Source of the DNA: a bacterium
GTDB lineage: Bacteria > Zhuqueibacterota > Zhuqueibacteria > Zhuqueibacterales > Zhuqueibacteraceae
Assembly: GCA_044869275.1 (NCBI GenBank)
Contig: JBIOXB010000055.1
Span: forward strand, 1 to 28,438
Direction of reading: 5' to 3'
Length of the DNA: 28,438 nucleotides
Shown here in pieces: positions 8,867 to 17,689 of this stretch. The translations under genes were made by a program, and so were the position numbers. The number at the start of each line of letters is the position of its first letter. Position 1 is the first letter of the stretch. Under the pieces are notes generated by a model that was not told where the DNA came from, searched no databases, and saw nothing but the letters and a program-made list of their open reading frames with translations.

Positions 8867-9487
8867 ATGAAACGCAAATCGTTCTTACCGCAATACCTGC
8901 CAATCGTGATTTCTTTGGTGCTGGTTTGGGGGAGGCTTAGTTCGCCTCCAAGGCGCTCCGCATCGCTTTTTTCTGATGATTTCGAGGATGGCGATGCCGA
9001 GGGCTGGTCGCCACAAACCTCGAGCCGCTGGGAAGTTCGCTCGGACAATGGCAGCCTGCGCTATTTTCTCAATACTACAAACTACCAATCTCCCGATGAT
9101 ATTCGCCTGGGTGAGCTGGCCGTGCTCAATAATTTTGTCTGGGGCGATTTGGATAACGATAACGATTTAGATCTTGTCCTCGGCGCGAAGATTTATCTCA
9201 ATAACGCTGGCACCTTCACCGAAGCCAGTGTCGTGCTGCCCGAGGGTGCTGCTGCTGTGGGTGACTATGACAATGATGGTATTTGGACGTTCTGCTTTCG
9301 GGCGGCGATTTTGCACAACCCATTACCAAGATTTTTCGCAATGACCCGGACACCAGCGATCGCGCATTCATCGATATTTCCGCCTCCTGGCCACAGGTCA
9401 TCAGCGCATTTGCCCTCGGGAACTTACTTGTATCGCTTGCGCGCCGGCAGTTTTGTTGCGAGCAAAACGATGGCGCTAGTCAGATAA
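8867..9487 (+). pseudogene. Internally deleted and frameshifted secreted FG-GAP repeat protein with a T9SS-type C-terminal tail
   Basis: Signal peptide, LFSDDFEDGDAEGW domain start, FG-GAP repeats WGDLDNDNDLDLV and GDYDNDG. The second repeat continues in another frame (LDVLLSGG..TKIFRND) from ~9280. The ORF ends LPSGTYLYRLRAGSFVASKTMALVR, typical of T9SS sorting domains. Confidence 0.7.
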
Positions 9488-9571
9488 AACCCCGCCTCGG
9501 ATTTTCAGACGAGCTGAAAATCGAAGCCAGAGGGCAGTAGCAAAGACATAATCATCCTGCAAAAAACAGAA

Positions 9572-9681
9572 GAGAGAAAGATGCGGGGCAGAAAAATGCT
9601 TTTCGTTTGCGCCATCCCGTCACAAACCAGCCTCCGGGTATGAGATCTAATGCCATCTTTCTGTCCTTCATTTTTCTGTCC
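9572..9681. repeat. REP-like inverted pair of tandem units (CAGAAARATG x2 / CATYTTTCTG x2)
   Basis: GAGAGAAAGATGCGGGGCAGAAAAATG (9572-9598) is imperfectly complementary to CATCTTTCTGTCCTTCATTTTTCTGTCC (9654-9681). Confidence 0.55.
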
Positions 9682-9731
9682 GGGCTTTTGCTCAATTCGA
9701 CGCAAGATTACCAAATTATCTGTTGCTTTCA

Positions 9732-9745
9732 ATCAATCGATTGAT
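9732..9745. promoter_or_regulatory. Candidate LacI-family operator
   Basis: Perfect 14-bp palindrome ATCAATCGATTGAT with central CG, ~60 nt upstream of the GH127 ATG. Confidence 0.5.
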
Positions 9746-9803
9746 CATAAAGACTTTCAGCTTCATTCTAAATTTGATGAGCTAAATACATACCGGATTG
9801 TTC

Positions 9804-11681
9804 ATGCCCAGACTCACACCGCTCTCGCTGGATCAGGTTAAAATCAATGGCGGCTTTTGGCAAGAGCGCCAGCGCTTGAATGCGCACGTCACGATTCCGG
9901 CAGTTTATCAACAATGCCAGGAAACCGGCCGCATCGCAGCATGGAAATTGAGCTGGCGGCCCGGCATGCCGAATGAGCCGCATGTTTTTTGGGATTCGGA
10001 TGTGGCAAAATGGCTGGAAGCCGCCAGCTACGGTTTGATCACGCATCCCCATCTCGCGCTGGCAAAGCAAGTCGAGGAGGTCGTTGACTTGATGGCAAAA
10101 GCGCAGCAGTCGGACGGCTATCTCAATACGCATTTCTCGGTGGTGCGGCCGCACGCCCGCTGGGCCAATTTGCGCGACGATCACGAATTGTATTGTGCTG
10201 GGCATTTGATCGAAGCCGGTGTGGCCCATCTACAAGCAACTGGCGAACGCAAACTCTTGGAAGTTGTTTGCCGTTACGCCGATTACATTGCAAAAACCTT
10301 CGGCACAAACCCGGGACAAAAGCGCGGCTATTGCGGGCATCCTGAGATTGAATTAGCTCTGGTCAAATTGTTTCATGCCACCGGGGAACAGCGTTATTGG
10401 GATTTGGCAAAATATTTTGTTGATGAACGCGGCCGCCAGCCGCATTATTTCGATCTTGAAGCTCTGGCGCGCGGCGAGAAGCCCGAAGACTACTGGGCTA
10501 AAACCCATGCTTACACGCAGTCTCATGCTCCGGTGCGCGAGCAGAGCATGCCCGTTGGGCACGCGGTGCGCGGCATGTACTTATATAGCGCGATGGCTGA
10601 TTTGGCTGCAGAATCAGAAGAACAAGCGTTACTTACTGCCTGCCGCCACATTTTTCAGCATCTCGTGCAGCGCCGCATGTACGTCACCGGCGGTATCGGT
10701 TCTGCACGCTCGAATGAAGGCTACACCGCGGATTATGACCTGCCCAATGACACTGCTTACGCCGAGACTTGCGCGGCCATCAGTTTGTGCCTGTTTGCCC
10801 ATCGCATGCTGCAAACAGAAATCAAGGGCGTTTACGCCGACATCTTCGAACGCGCATTGTACAACGGCGTGCTCAGCGGTGTTTCGCTTTCTGGCGACAG
10901 ATTTTTCTACGAGAACCCTCTCGAGAGCCTTGGCGCGCACCATCGCTGGCAATGGCACCATTGTTCCTGTTGTCCGCCGAATCTGGCGCGGATTATCGCC
11001 TCGCTCGGCCAATACGTTTATGCTCAAAACGAAGACAATTTCTTCGTTCATCATTACCTCGCCAGCGCAACGCAAACCGTGCTGGGCGGAAATCCGGTAA
11101 GAATTCAACAGGAGACGGATTATCCCTGGGGCGAGAAGATTTCACTTCATGTGGATTCCGCACAAGAAACGGAATTTGCGCTGGCGCTGCGCCTTCCGAG
11201 TTGGTGCCGCAACCCCGAGCTGAAAATCAACGGTGACGCAGCACCGCTTGCTGCCGCCGTGGACAACGGCTATGTTCGCCTCCGGCGCATTTGGGAACCG
11301 CGAAGCGAGGTGGAATTGCATCTTCCCATGCCGGTCGAACGGGTGCAGGCGCATCCAAACGTGCGCATGAATTGCGGCCGCATCGCGTTACAACGCGGGC
11401 CGCTCGTCTATTGCCTGGAGGAAGCGGACAACGGTGTGAATCTAAACGATTTGTTTTTGCCGGGCACGGCTCGCCTCTCGATCGAGATCGAAAAAGAACT
11501 TCCCGGCGGCCTCGTGATGATTTCCGGCACGGCCAACCGCCGTGTACCGGATGATTTCAGTGACACCCTCTACCGGCCTGTAGCGCCGCGCTCTGTGGAA
11601 GCACCTTTGCGGGCGATCCCGTATTTTGCCTGGGATAATCGCAGCCCTGGAGAAATGCTGGTATGGATGCGAGGGGAGTGA
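9804..11681 (+). CDS. Glycoside hydrolase family 127 (beta-L-arabinofuranosidase-like)
   Basis: FWDSDVAKWLEAA, HELYCAGHLIEAGVA, GHPEIELALVKL, GHAVR, YAETCAAI and Zn-binding CSCCPPN, IPYFAWDNR; no signal peptide. Confidence 0.93.
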   Translation: MPRLTPLSLDQVKINGGFWQERQRLNAHVTIPAVYQQCQETGRIAAWKLSWRPGMPNEPHVFWDSDVAKWLEAASYGLITHPHLALAKQVEEVVDLMAKAQQSDGYLNTHFSVVRPHARWANLRDDHELYCAGHLIEAGVAHLQATGERKLLEVVCRYADYIAKTFGTNPGQKRGYCGHPEIELALVKLFHATGEQRYWDLAKYFVDERGRQPHYFDLEALARGEKPEDYWAKTHAYTQSHAPVREQSMPVGHAVRGMYLYSAMADLAAESEEQALLTACRHIFQHLVQRRMYVTGGIGSARSNEGYTADYDLPNDTAYAETCAAISLCLFAHRMLQTEIKGVYADIFERALYNGVLSGVSLSGDRFFYENPLESLGAHHRWQWHHCSCCPPNLARIIASLGQYVYAQNEDNFFVHHYLASATQTVLGGNPVRIQQETDYPWGEKISLHVDSAQETEFALALRLPSWCRNPELKINGDAAPLAAAVDNGYVRLRRIWEPRSEVELHLPMPVERVQAHPNVRMNCGRIALQRGPLVYCLEEADNGVNLNDLFLPGTARLSIEIEKELPGGLVMISGTANRRVPDDFSDTLYRPVAPRSVEAPLRAIPYFAWDNRSPGEMLVWMRGE

Positions 11682-11854
11682 GCTTACTGTCATCCAAGGG
11701 AGTCTGCATTCCGTAACATTTTCCATCTGCCACGAGCTCCTCACGAAATTTGATTACGCCACTCCTTTAATTTGAACGAAAACCATGCTGCTGCGTCTTA
11801 TCGGCAAGCTTTCTGAAGGAAAAAATGATTTTGCAGTTCTCAAAAGGAGCAAGC

Positions 11855-13504
11855 ATGAAATCGCGGCAACGCTATTTTGCCATCCTCCTACTTACCTCCG
11901 CGCTCGGCTATCTGGTTTTTCCTCCACGCGTTGCGGCGAATCCGCCCAACAATAAATACAAAGGCGCCGAAAGCATCACGGCGGCGCAGTTGAAAGATTA
12001 TCTCACCTTCATTGCCTCCGACGAGCTGGAAGGCCGTGACACGCCCTCACGCGGGCTTGACCTCGCGGCGAAATTCATTGCCACGCACTTGTCACGCTGG
12101 GGCTTCAAGCCCGCGGGTGACGAGGGTACTTACTTTCAACGCTTTGCTTTGTTGAAAACCACGGTGGATTCCGCGCAAACCGTGATGGAAATCAACGGCC
12201 AGCGCTTCAAACACGGCCCGGATTTTATCGCGAATGCCGCTCAGGGCGCAGGCGCGGCAAGTGCGCCGTTGGTTTACGTCGGCCACGGCCTGATGATCAA
12301 AGCCAAAAACATCGATGCTTTTGCCGGTGTTGACGTGAAGGGCAAGATCGTGGTGTGGACGAATGAATTTCCGCAAGGTGTTAGCTTTGCCGATTTCACC
12401 GGCAAGCAAGGCGAAGATTGGCAGGTTCCGGCGCAGCGCGCGGCCCAATATGGCGCTCTCGGCGGCATTTCCCTTGCGGGCTTTCCCAGCCTGGCGATTT
12501 GGGAACAGACGCGCCGCACCAACTCCGTCACCGGCGCTCTCGCGGTGGAAAAATTTCAAAGCGAAGGCCCGCCCAAAATTCCGGTGATCTCGATCATGCC
12601 CAAAGCTGCGCAGGCCCTTTTTCAAGGCGAGCAGCACAGTGCCGCTAAAATTTTCAACAACGCAGCCTCCGGCGAGCCTTTGCCTGCTTTCGAATTCAAA
12701 TCCGAGAAAAAAGTGAGTTTCACCGTTGCGCTAAAAACTGAGCGGGCTTACACGCAAAATGTCGTGGGCGTTTGGGAAGGCAGCGATGCCATTTTGAAAA
12801 GAGAATACGTCGCGCTGGGCGCGCATTACGATCACGTCGGCGTGGGCACACCGAGCAACGGCGATGCCATTTACAACGGCGCGGACGACGATGGCTCCGG
12901 CACGGTGAGTATTCTGGCGATTGCCGAAGCGTTCGCCAAAGGCCCGCGCCCGAAACGTTCAGTTCTGTTCGTCTGGCACGCGGCGGAAGAAAAGGGCTTG
13001 TGGGGCGCGCGATATTTTACGCGTTTTCCGACGGTGCCGCTGGACAAAATCATCACGCAATTGAACCTCGACATGGTGGGGCGCTCGAAAAAACCGGGCG
13101 ATACCAATCCGGCGAATGCCGGCCTTTCGGGGCCCGCTGAAGTCTGCGTCGTCGGCTCGAGAATGATGAGCACGGTGCTGGGAGAGTTGAGCGAGGCGGT
13201 GAACAAGTCCTATTACAATCTGGTGTTCAACTATAAGTACGACGATCCGAACGATCCCGAAAAAGTATTCTTTCGCAGCGATCATTTCTGTTACGCGCAA
13301 CAGGGCATTCCGATCATTTTCTATACCGACGGCGAGCATGAGGATTACCATAAAGTGACGGATCACGTTGAAAAGATCGATTTTGAGAAAATGCAAAAGA
13401 TCTCGCGCACCATTTATGCGATGGCGTGGGAGCTGGCGGGCAGCATGAAGCGGCCGGCGGTTGACAAAAAATTGCCGCCGGAATTGACGCAGCCGCTGTA
13501 TTGA
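11855..13504 (+). CDS. Secreted M28 family metallopeptidase with PA domain
   Basis: Signal peptide; ASDELEGR, GAHYDHVG, NGADDDGSG, AEEKGLWG, LNLDMVG, RSDH, YHKVTD; PA-domain LVYVGHG..DVKGKIV; AAGGAG SD. Confidence 0.93.
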   Translation: MKSRQRYFAILLLTSALGYLVFPPRVAANPPNNKYKGAESITAAQLKDYLTFIASDELEGRDTPSRGLDLAAKFIATHLSRWGFKPAGDEGTYFQRFALLKTTVDSAQTVMEINGQRFKHGPDFIANAAQGAGAASAPLVYVGHGLMIKAKNIDAFAGVDVKGKIVVWTNEFPQGVSFADFTGKQGEDWQVPAQRAAQYGALGGISLAGFPSLAIWEQTRRTNSVTGALAVEKFQSEGPPKIPVISIMPKAAQALFQGEQHSAAKIFNNAASGEPLPAFEFKSEKKVSFTVALKTERAYTQNVVGVWEGSDAILKREYVALGAHYDHVGVGTPSNGDAIYNGADDDGSGTVSILAIAEAFAKGPRPKRSVLFVWHAAEEKGLWGARYFTRFPTVPLDKIITQLNLDMVGRSKKPGDTNPANAGLSGPAEVCVVGSRMMSTVLGELSEAVNKSYYNLVFNYKYDDPNDPEKVFFRSDHFCYAQQGIPIIFYTDGEHEDYHKVTDHVEKIDFEKMQKISRTIYAMAWELAGSMKRPAVDKKLPPELTQPLY

Positions 13505-13531
13505 TAAAATTGGAATGTCATTCAAAAATTC

Positions 13532-13581
13532 TCTGTCCGCAGATTCACGCAGATTTTTTATCTGCGAAATCTGCGGACAGA
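13532..13581. repeat. REP-like long hairpin (CGCAGAT x2 / ATCTGCG x2); may also act as terminator or mRNA stabiliser
   Basis: TCTGTCCGCAGATT-CA-CGCAGAT-TTTTT-ATCTGCG-A-AATCTGCGGACAGA: 14-bp outer stem plus 7-bp inner stem. Confidence 0.8.
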
Positions 13582-13665
13582 AGCTTTGTTAAAGAGGCAA
13601 AACGCCACATGTATGTATTACAAAGCTTCACGAACTGAAGTCAAGTAAATGTCAGGAAACAAATC

Positions 13666-13991
13666 ATGAGATTCTCGCGCTTCTGTTTTTGGACCTTATT
13701 TACAGCATGGTCTCTAAGTCTGGCACAATCTTCAGTCTCGACTGCTCAGGATGAAGCCATTGGCGCACTCGTGAAATTGGGAGGACGGTCGTAGTGGATT
13801 CACTGCGTGCGGACCATCCCGTCGTCAGAGTGGATCTGCATGAAACCGAAGTGAGCAACACAGATTTGGAACACCTCAAGAATTTGACCAAGCTCGAAGT
13901 GTTGTTGATCGGCAAATCGAAAGTTACACCCGCAGGAGCAATGGCGCTTCAAGAAGCTCTGCCCAAGTTGCGTTTCACTGAGCAAACGTGA
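13666..13991 (+). pseudogene. Frameshifted small secreted leucine-rich-repeat protein
   Basis: ATG 13666 gives a signal peptide plus AQDEAIGALVKLGG, then TAG at 13792. A frame one base back continues TVVVD..PVVRVDLHETEVSNTDLEHLKNLTKLEVLLIGKSKVT (LRR). One base is missing near 13784. Confidence 0.7.
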
Positions 13992-14047
13992 AACCTTTTT
14001 TCACAGGAGTTCATTTTCGTGAGCCAGAGTATTGGATTTGATTCTAA

Positions 14048-14190
14048 CTTGGCAATGTTAAGTTAAATTCGCGCCATCTCAATCTGTCATGCTGTAAGCA
14101 TCTTCCCTAGGCTTTGGTGCATGCCTCTTGGGAAGATTCCTGCGGAATGACAAGGAATAGGGCTTTGGGGGCTAACTTAACATTGTCAAG
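14048..14190. mobile_element. 143-bp MITE with 18-bp TIRs and CTAA target-site duplication
   Basis: CTTGGCAATGTTAAGTTA (14048-14065) and TAACTTAACATTGTCAAG (14173-14190) are 17/18 inverted matches, flanked by CTAA at 14044-14047 and 14191-14194. Confidence 0.75.
14085..14152 (+). repeat. REPIN-like element, copy 1
   Basis: TGTCATGCTGTAAGCATCTTCCC...GGGAAGATTCCTGCGGAATGACA; an inverted second copy lies at 20227-20298. Confidence 0.8.
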
Positions 14191-14214
14191 CTAAGTTTGA
14201 TGAGCTAATCGCCT

Positions 14215-14658
14215 ATGGCTTTCCAAGACCTTCCACCTGCCATTCTTTGGCGGCTGCATTTGCGCTCGTCGCCGTTTCGCGTCCATGAGATGTTGTCAAC
14301 CGATGAAGGACGCGCGCGCTTTTGGGCCGAGTCCGCGGTGGCGGAGGACGGCGTGATCCATTTCATCTTTCCCAATGGGCAGCGTTGGGACGGGAAGATT
14401 GTCGAGAATCGCGCTCCCCATCTCTTTGCGGTGGAATATATCGGCGGCAGCGCGGCGAAATTTGAGTTATCCGAGGATGGCAATGGTGGCACGATGTTGC
14501 GGCTCGTGGATGCAAGAGTCGCTGCGGAAGAAAGAACCGAAGTGATTGCCGGATGGGTTTCAGTATTGCTCGCGCTCAAAGCCGCGTCGGATTTCGATGT
14601 GGATTTGCGCAATCACGATCCGTACATGACATGGGAGCAAGGATTTGTGGAGAATTGA
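14215..14658 (+). CDS. SRPBCC/AHSA1-like (START-fold) protein
   Basis: SPFRVHEMLSTDEGRARFWA..PHLFAVEY..FELSEDGNGGTMLRL..AGWVSVLLALKA pattern; 147 aa. Confidence 0.75.
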   Translation: MAFQDLPPAILWRLHLRSSPFRVHEMLSTDEGRARFWAESAVAEDGVIHFIFPNGQRWDGKIVENRAPHLFAVEYIGGSAAKFELSEDGNGGTMLRLVDARVAAEERTEVIAGWVSVLLALKAASDFDVDLRNHDPYMTWEQGFVEN

Positions 14659-14684
14659 TAAACACTTAAAAGAGAAGTGATCGT

Positions 14685-15212
14685 TTGGAAGGCGAAACCC
14701 TCACACGCGTAACGGTTTGGATCGCGCTGCTTTGTTATGGCATTGCCGCGTTCGCCTTTTTATTGCACAATGGGCGCACCCATTTGCTGGCAATCTCTCG
14801 CTGGGCGTGGTCAGTGGGAGGCCTGGTTTTCTTGGCGCACGTTTTTTGCGCTTTCCAGTTTTATCATGCTTGGAGTCACGACGCTGCTTTTCGCGACACC
14901 GCGCGCCAAACCGCGGAAACCCTCGGCTGGAATTGGGGTGGCGGATTGTTCGTCAGTTATGCCTTCACCGCGGCGTGGGCGCTCGATGTGATTTGCTGGT
15001 GGCGGCAAGGATTGGCCAGCTACACGCGCCGCCCGAAGAGTTTGATGATGATTTGGCACGGCTTCTTTCTCTTCATCGTCTTCAACGGTACGGTCATTTT
15101 CGAAACGGGCATCGTGCGTCTGTTCGGATTGCTGCTGTGCTCGAGTTTGCTCATTCTCGGGTGGAGGACGAGCCGCAGGAATCAAATCAATATCACAGGA
15201 ATTCGCCTGTGA
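14685..15212 (+). CDS. Hypothetical membrane protein (~5 TM helices)
   Basis: Several hydrophobic segments with conserved-looking His residues (LAHV..YHAWSH, IWHGF); TTG start uncertain. Confidence 0.7.
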   Translation: MEGETLTRVTVWIALLCYGIAAFAFLLHNGRTHLLAISRWAWSVGGLVFLAHVFCAFQFYHAWSHDAAFRDTARQTAETLGWNWGGGLFVSYAFTAAWALDVICWWRQGLASYTRRPKSLMMIWHGFFLFIVFNGTVIFETGIVRLFGLLLCSSLLILGWRTSRRNQINITGIRL

Positions 15213-15259
15213 AACGCCTCACCACATTTGTGAAAAGCGAAGTGACTGCAGGCTGATCA

Positions 15260-16315
15260 ATGCCATCGACAATGATACATGTATTCGAGATGATCAAGAC
15301 GATGGCACATGAGCAAGTCATGCTCTGTCATGACGAAGCCGTGGGCTATCGCGCGATCATCGCAATTCACAGCACAGCGCTCGGTCCTGCGGTCGGCGGC
15401 ACGCGCTTGTGGCCGTACGCCGATGAAGAGGAGGGCTTTATCGATGCGCTGCGCCTGTCGCGCGGCATGACTTACAAATCCGCGCTCGCGGGGCTGCCAT
15501 TTGGCGGTGGCAAGGCCGTGATCATGGGCAACGGCAAGACCGTAAACCGTGAAAAACTTTTCCGCGCACATGGCCGCTTTGTGGAAACACTCGGAGGGCG
15601 CTACATCACTGCCGAAGATGTGGGCACGAGCACGGCCGATATGGAGGTCGTGCGTTTGGAAACCCAACACGTCGCCGGGCTCGCAGCGCGCTCGGGGGAT
15701 CCTGCGCCCTGGACGGCACGCGGCGTTTTTCGAGCGATGCAAGCCGCCGCGCAACATCGCTGGCATTCCGCTGATCTTACCGGCAAGACCATTGCGCTGC
15801 AAGGTTGCGGCAGCGTGGGTTACTGTCTCGCCAAAGAGTTGCACGAAGCCGGAGCGAAGCTGGTGGTGACGGATCTCGCCGCCGAGCGCGTGACCCAAGT
15901 CGTGCAGGAATTCGGCGCGACAGCAGTGAGTCCCGAAGCTATTTGCGGCGTGGGCGTCGATATTTTCGCACCCTGTGCGCTCGGCGCCATTCTAAATGAC
16001 GAGACCATTTCGCGGCTGCAAGCTGAAATTGTGGCCGGTGCTGCGAATAACCAATTGCTTGAAGCGCGGCATGGCGAGGCTTTGCATGAACGCAACATCC
16101 TGTACGTGCCCGACTATCTTGCCAACGCCGGCGGTGTGATCAACGGGTGTATTGAAATGCTGCATTGGGAATCGTCCCGCGCGATGAAAAAAGTGAATGA
16201 GATTTACAACACTGCGCTGGACGTTTTCGCGTACGCGCACGAGCGAAAGATTTCCACCTCGCGGGCAGCGGATTTTTTGGCAGAACAACGTTTGCAGAAA
16301 GGAAGATCGACATGA
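15260..16315 (+). CDS. Leu/Phe/Val dehydrogenase (leucine dehydrogenase-like)
   Basis: AIHSTALGPAVGGTR, LSRGMTYK, GGGKAVI, TAEDVG, QGCGSVG (Rossmann), GAANNQL, PDYLANAGGVI. Start may be 15272. Confidence 0.93.
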   Translation: MPSTMIHVFEMIKTMAHEQVMLCHDEAVGYRAIIAIHSTALGPAVGGTRLWPYADEEEGFIDALRLSRGMTYKSALAGLPFGGGKAVIMGNGKTVNREKLFRAHGRFVETLGGRYITAEDVGTSTADMEVVRLETQHVAGLAARSGDPAPWTARGVFRAMQAAAQHRWHSADLTGKTIALQGCGSVGYCLAKELHEAGAKLVVTDLAAERVTQVVQEFGATAVSPEAICGVGVDIFAPCALGAILNDETISRLQAEIVAGAANNQLLEARHGEALHERNILYVPDYLANAGGVINGCIEMLHWESSRAMKKVNEIYNTALDVFAYAHERKISTSRAADFLAEQRLQKGRST

Positions 16316-17676
16316 TGAAACGTTTTTCGGCTGCGCTGATTTGTATTTTGGCTCTGCTCTTGCTGGGCTTCTGCGCTTTCGGCCCGCGGGTCACTGCGGC
16401 TGCACCTGAGGGCGGCAACTGGCCGCAGTGGCGCGGCTCCGAAGGCACGGGTGTTTCGATGGAGACCAATTTGCCCTTGGAATGGAGCAGGGATAAAAAC
16501 CTCAAATGGATTACACCTCTTCCCGGACGCGGGCACTCTTCGCCAATTGTTTGGGAGAATAAAGTCTTTTTGACTTTGGAAATCGAGGGCGAGATCGTGG
16601 CCGGGGCGCATGCGGTCAAACACCTCGTCGAGGGCGAGGAATACAAACATCCTGACGCCGTGGCGGCTGAGCTCAAACACACTTTTAAAGTGATCTGTTT
16701 GGAACGTGATACCGGGAAATTGCTTTGGGAGCAAATCGCTTATGAAGGGACTGTCTTCGACGACCGGCATCGCAAAAGCAGCCACGCCTCGCCCACGCCG
16801 GCGACGGATGGCAAATTCGTGTATGCCTATTTCGGCACCGAGGGATTGTACTGTTATGATCTCCAGGGCAAGCTGAGATGGAAAGCCTCGCCCGGTCCGA
16901 TCGCCACGCTCGGCATGGGCACGGCCACCTCGCCGGTGTTGTTCGAGAATCTCATCGTTTTGCAATGCGACGAAGACAACGGCGAAAAATCTTTCATGGT
17001 CGCCTACGAGGCGAAAACCGGCAAAGAAGCTTGGAAAGTGCAGCGCAAGGTTCAAGTGGGATGGTCAACGCCTTTGCTCGTGCGCACGCAGCAACGGCCC
17101 GAACTGATTGCCAGCGGCAATGAGTTGATTATCTCTTATGATCCCAAAACCGGTAAAGAGCTTTGGCGCACCAAGGGACACGAGAGCAATGCCGTGCCGA
17201 CACCGGTGGCCGGGTATGGCATGGTGTATGTTTCCACCGGTTATCCGCTCAAGCGGACTCTTGCGATCAAACTCGGCGCCTCGGGCGAGTTGGACAGCTT
17301 GAATGCGAATATCGCCTGGAGGTACAACAAAGGCTCGGCCTACGTGCCCTCGCCGATTCTCTATGGCGATTACTTGTACCTAATGACGGACCGTGGCCTG
17401 CTCACTTGCCTCGAAGCCAAAACCGGCAAGGTGATTTACGAGGGCGCGCGTTTGCCCGTGCCCGCTACTTTCACTGCCTCGCTGGTGGCATGCGCGGACA
17501 GGCTTTTGATGACGAGCGAAGAAGGCGACACGTACGTTATCAAAGCCGGGCCGCAGCATGAAGTGGTGGCGACCAACTCCCTCGAAGAACCGGTTTTTGC
17601 TTCGCCCGCCATCGCCAACGGCATGATCTTCATTCGCGGCGAGAAGAATCTCTATTGCATCGGCAAAATGAATTGA
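16312..17676 (+). CDS. Secreted PQQ-like/BamB-like beta-propeller protein
   Basis: Signal peptide, NWPQWRG, GHSSPIVW, ASPTPATDG, YVPSPILY, FASPAIANG..IRGEKNLYCIG; ATGA overlap with the upstream gene. Confidence 0.9.
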   Translation: MMKRFSAALICILALLLLGFCAFGPRVTAAAPEGGNWPQWRGSEGTGVSMETNLPLEWSRDKNLKWITPLPGRGHSSPIVWENKVFLTLEIEGEIVAGAHAVKHLVEGEEYKHPDAVAAELKHTFKVICLERDTGKLLWEQIAYEGTVFDDRHRKSSHASPTPATDGKFVYAYFGTEGLYCYDLQGKLRWKASPGPIATLGMGTATSPVLFENLIVLQCDEDNGEKSFMVAYEAKTGKEAWKVQRKVQVGWSTPLLVRTQQRPELIASGNELIISYDPKTGKELWRTKGHESNAVPTPVAGYGMVYVSTGYPLKRTLAIKLGASGELDSLNANIAWRYNKGSAYVPSPILYGDYLYLMTDRGLLTCLEAKTGKVIYEGARLPVPATFTASLVACADRLLMTSEEGDTYVIKAGPQHEVVATNSLEEPVFASPAIANGMIFIRGEKNLYCIGKMN

Positions 17677-17689
17677 GGAGAAGGCGAGA

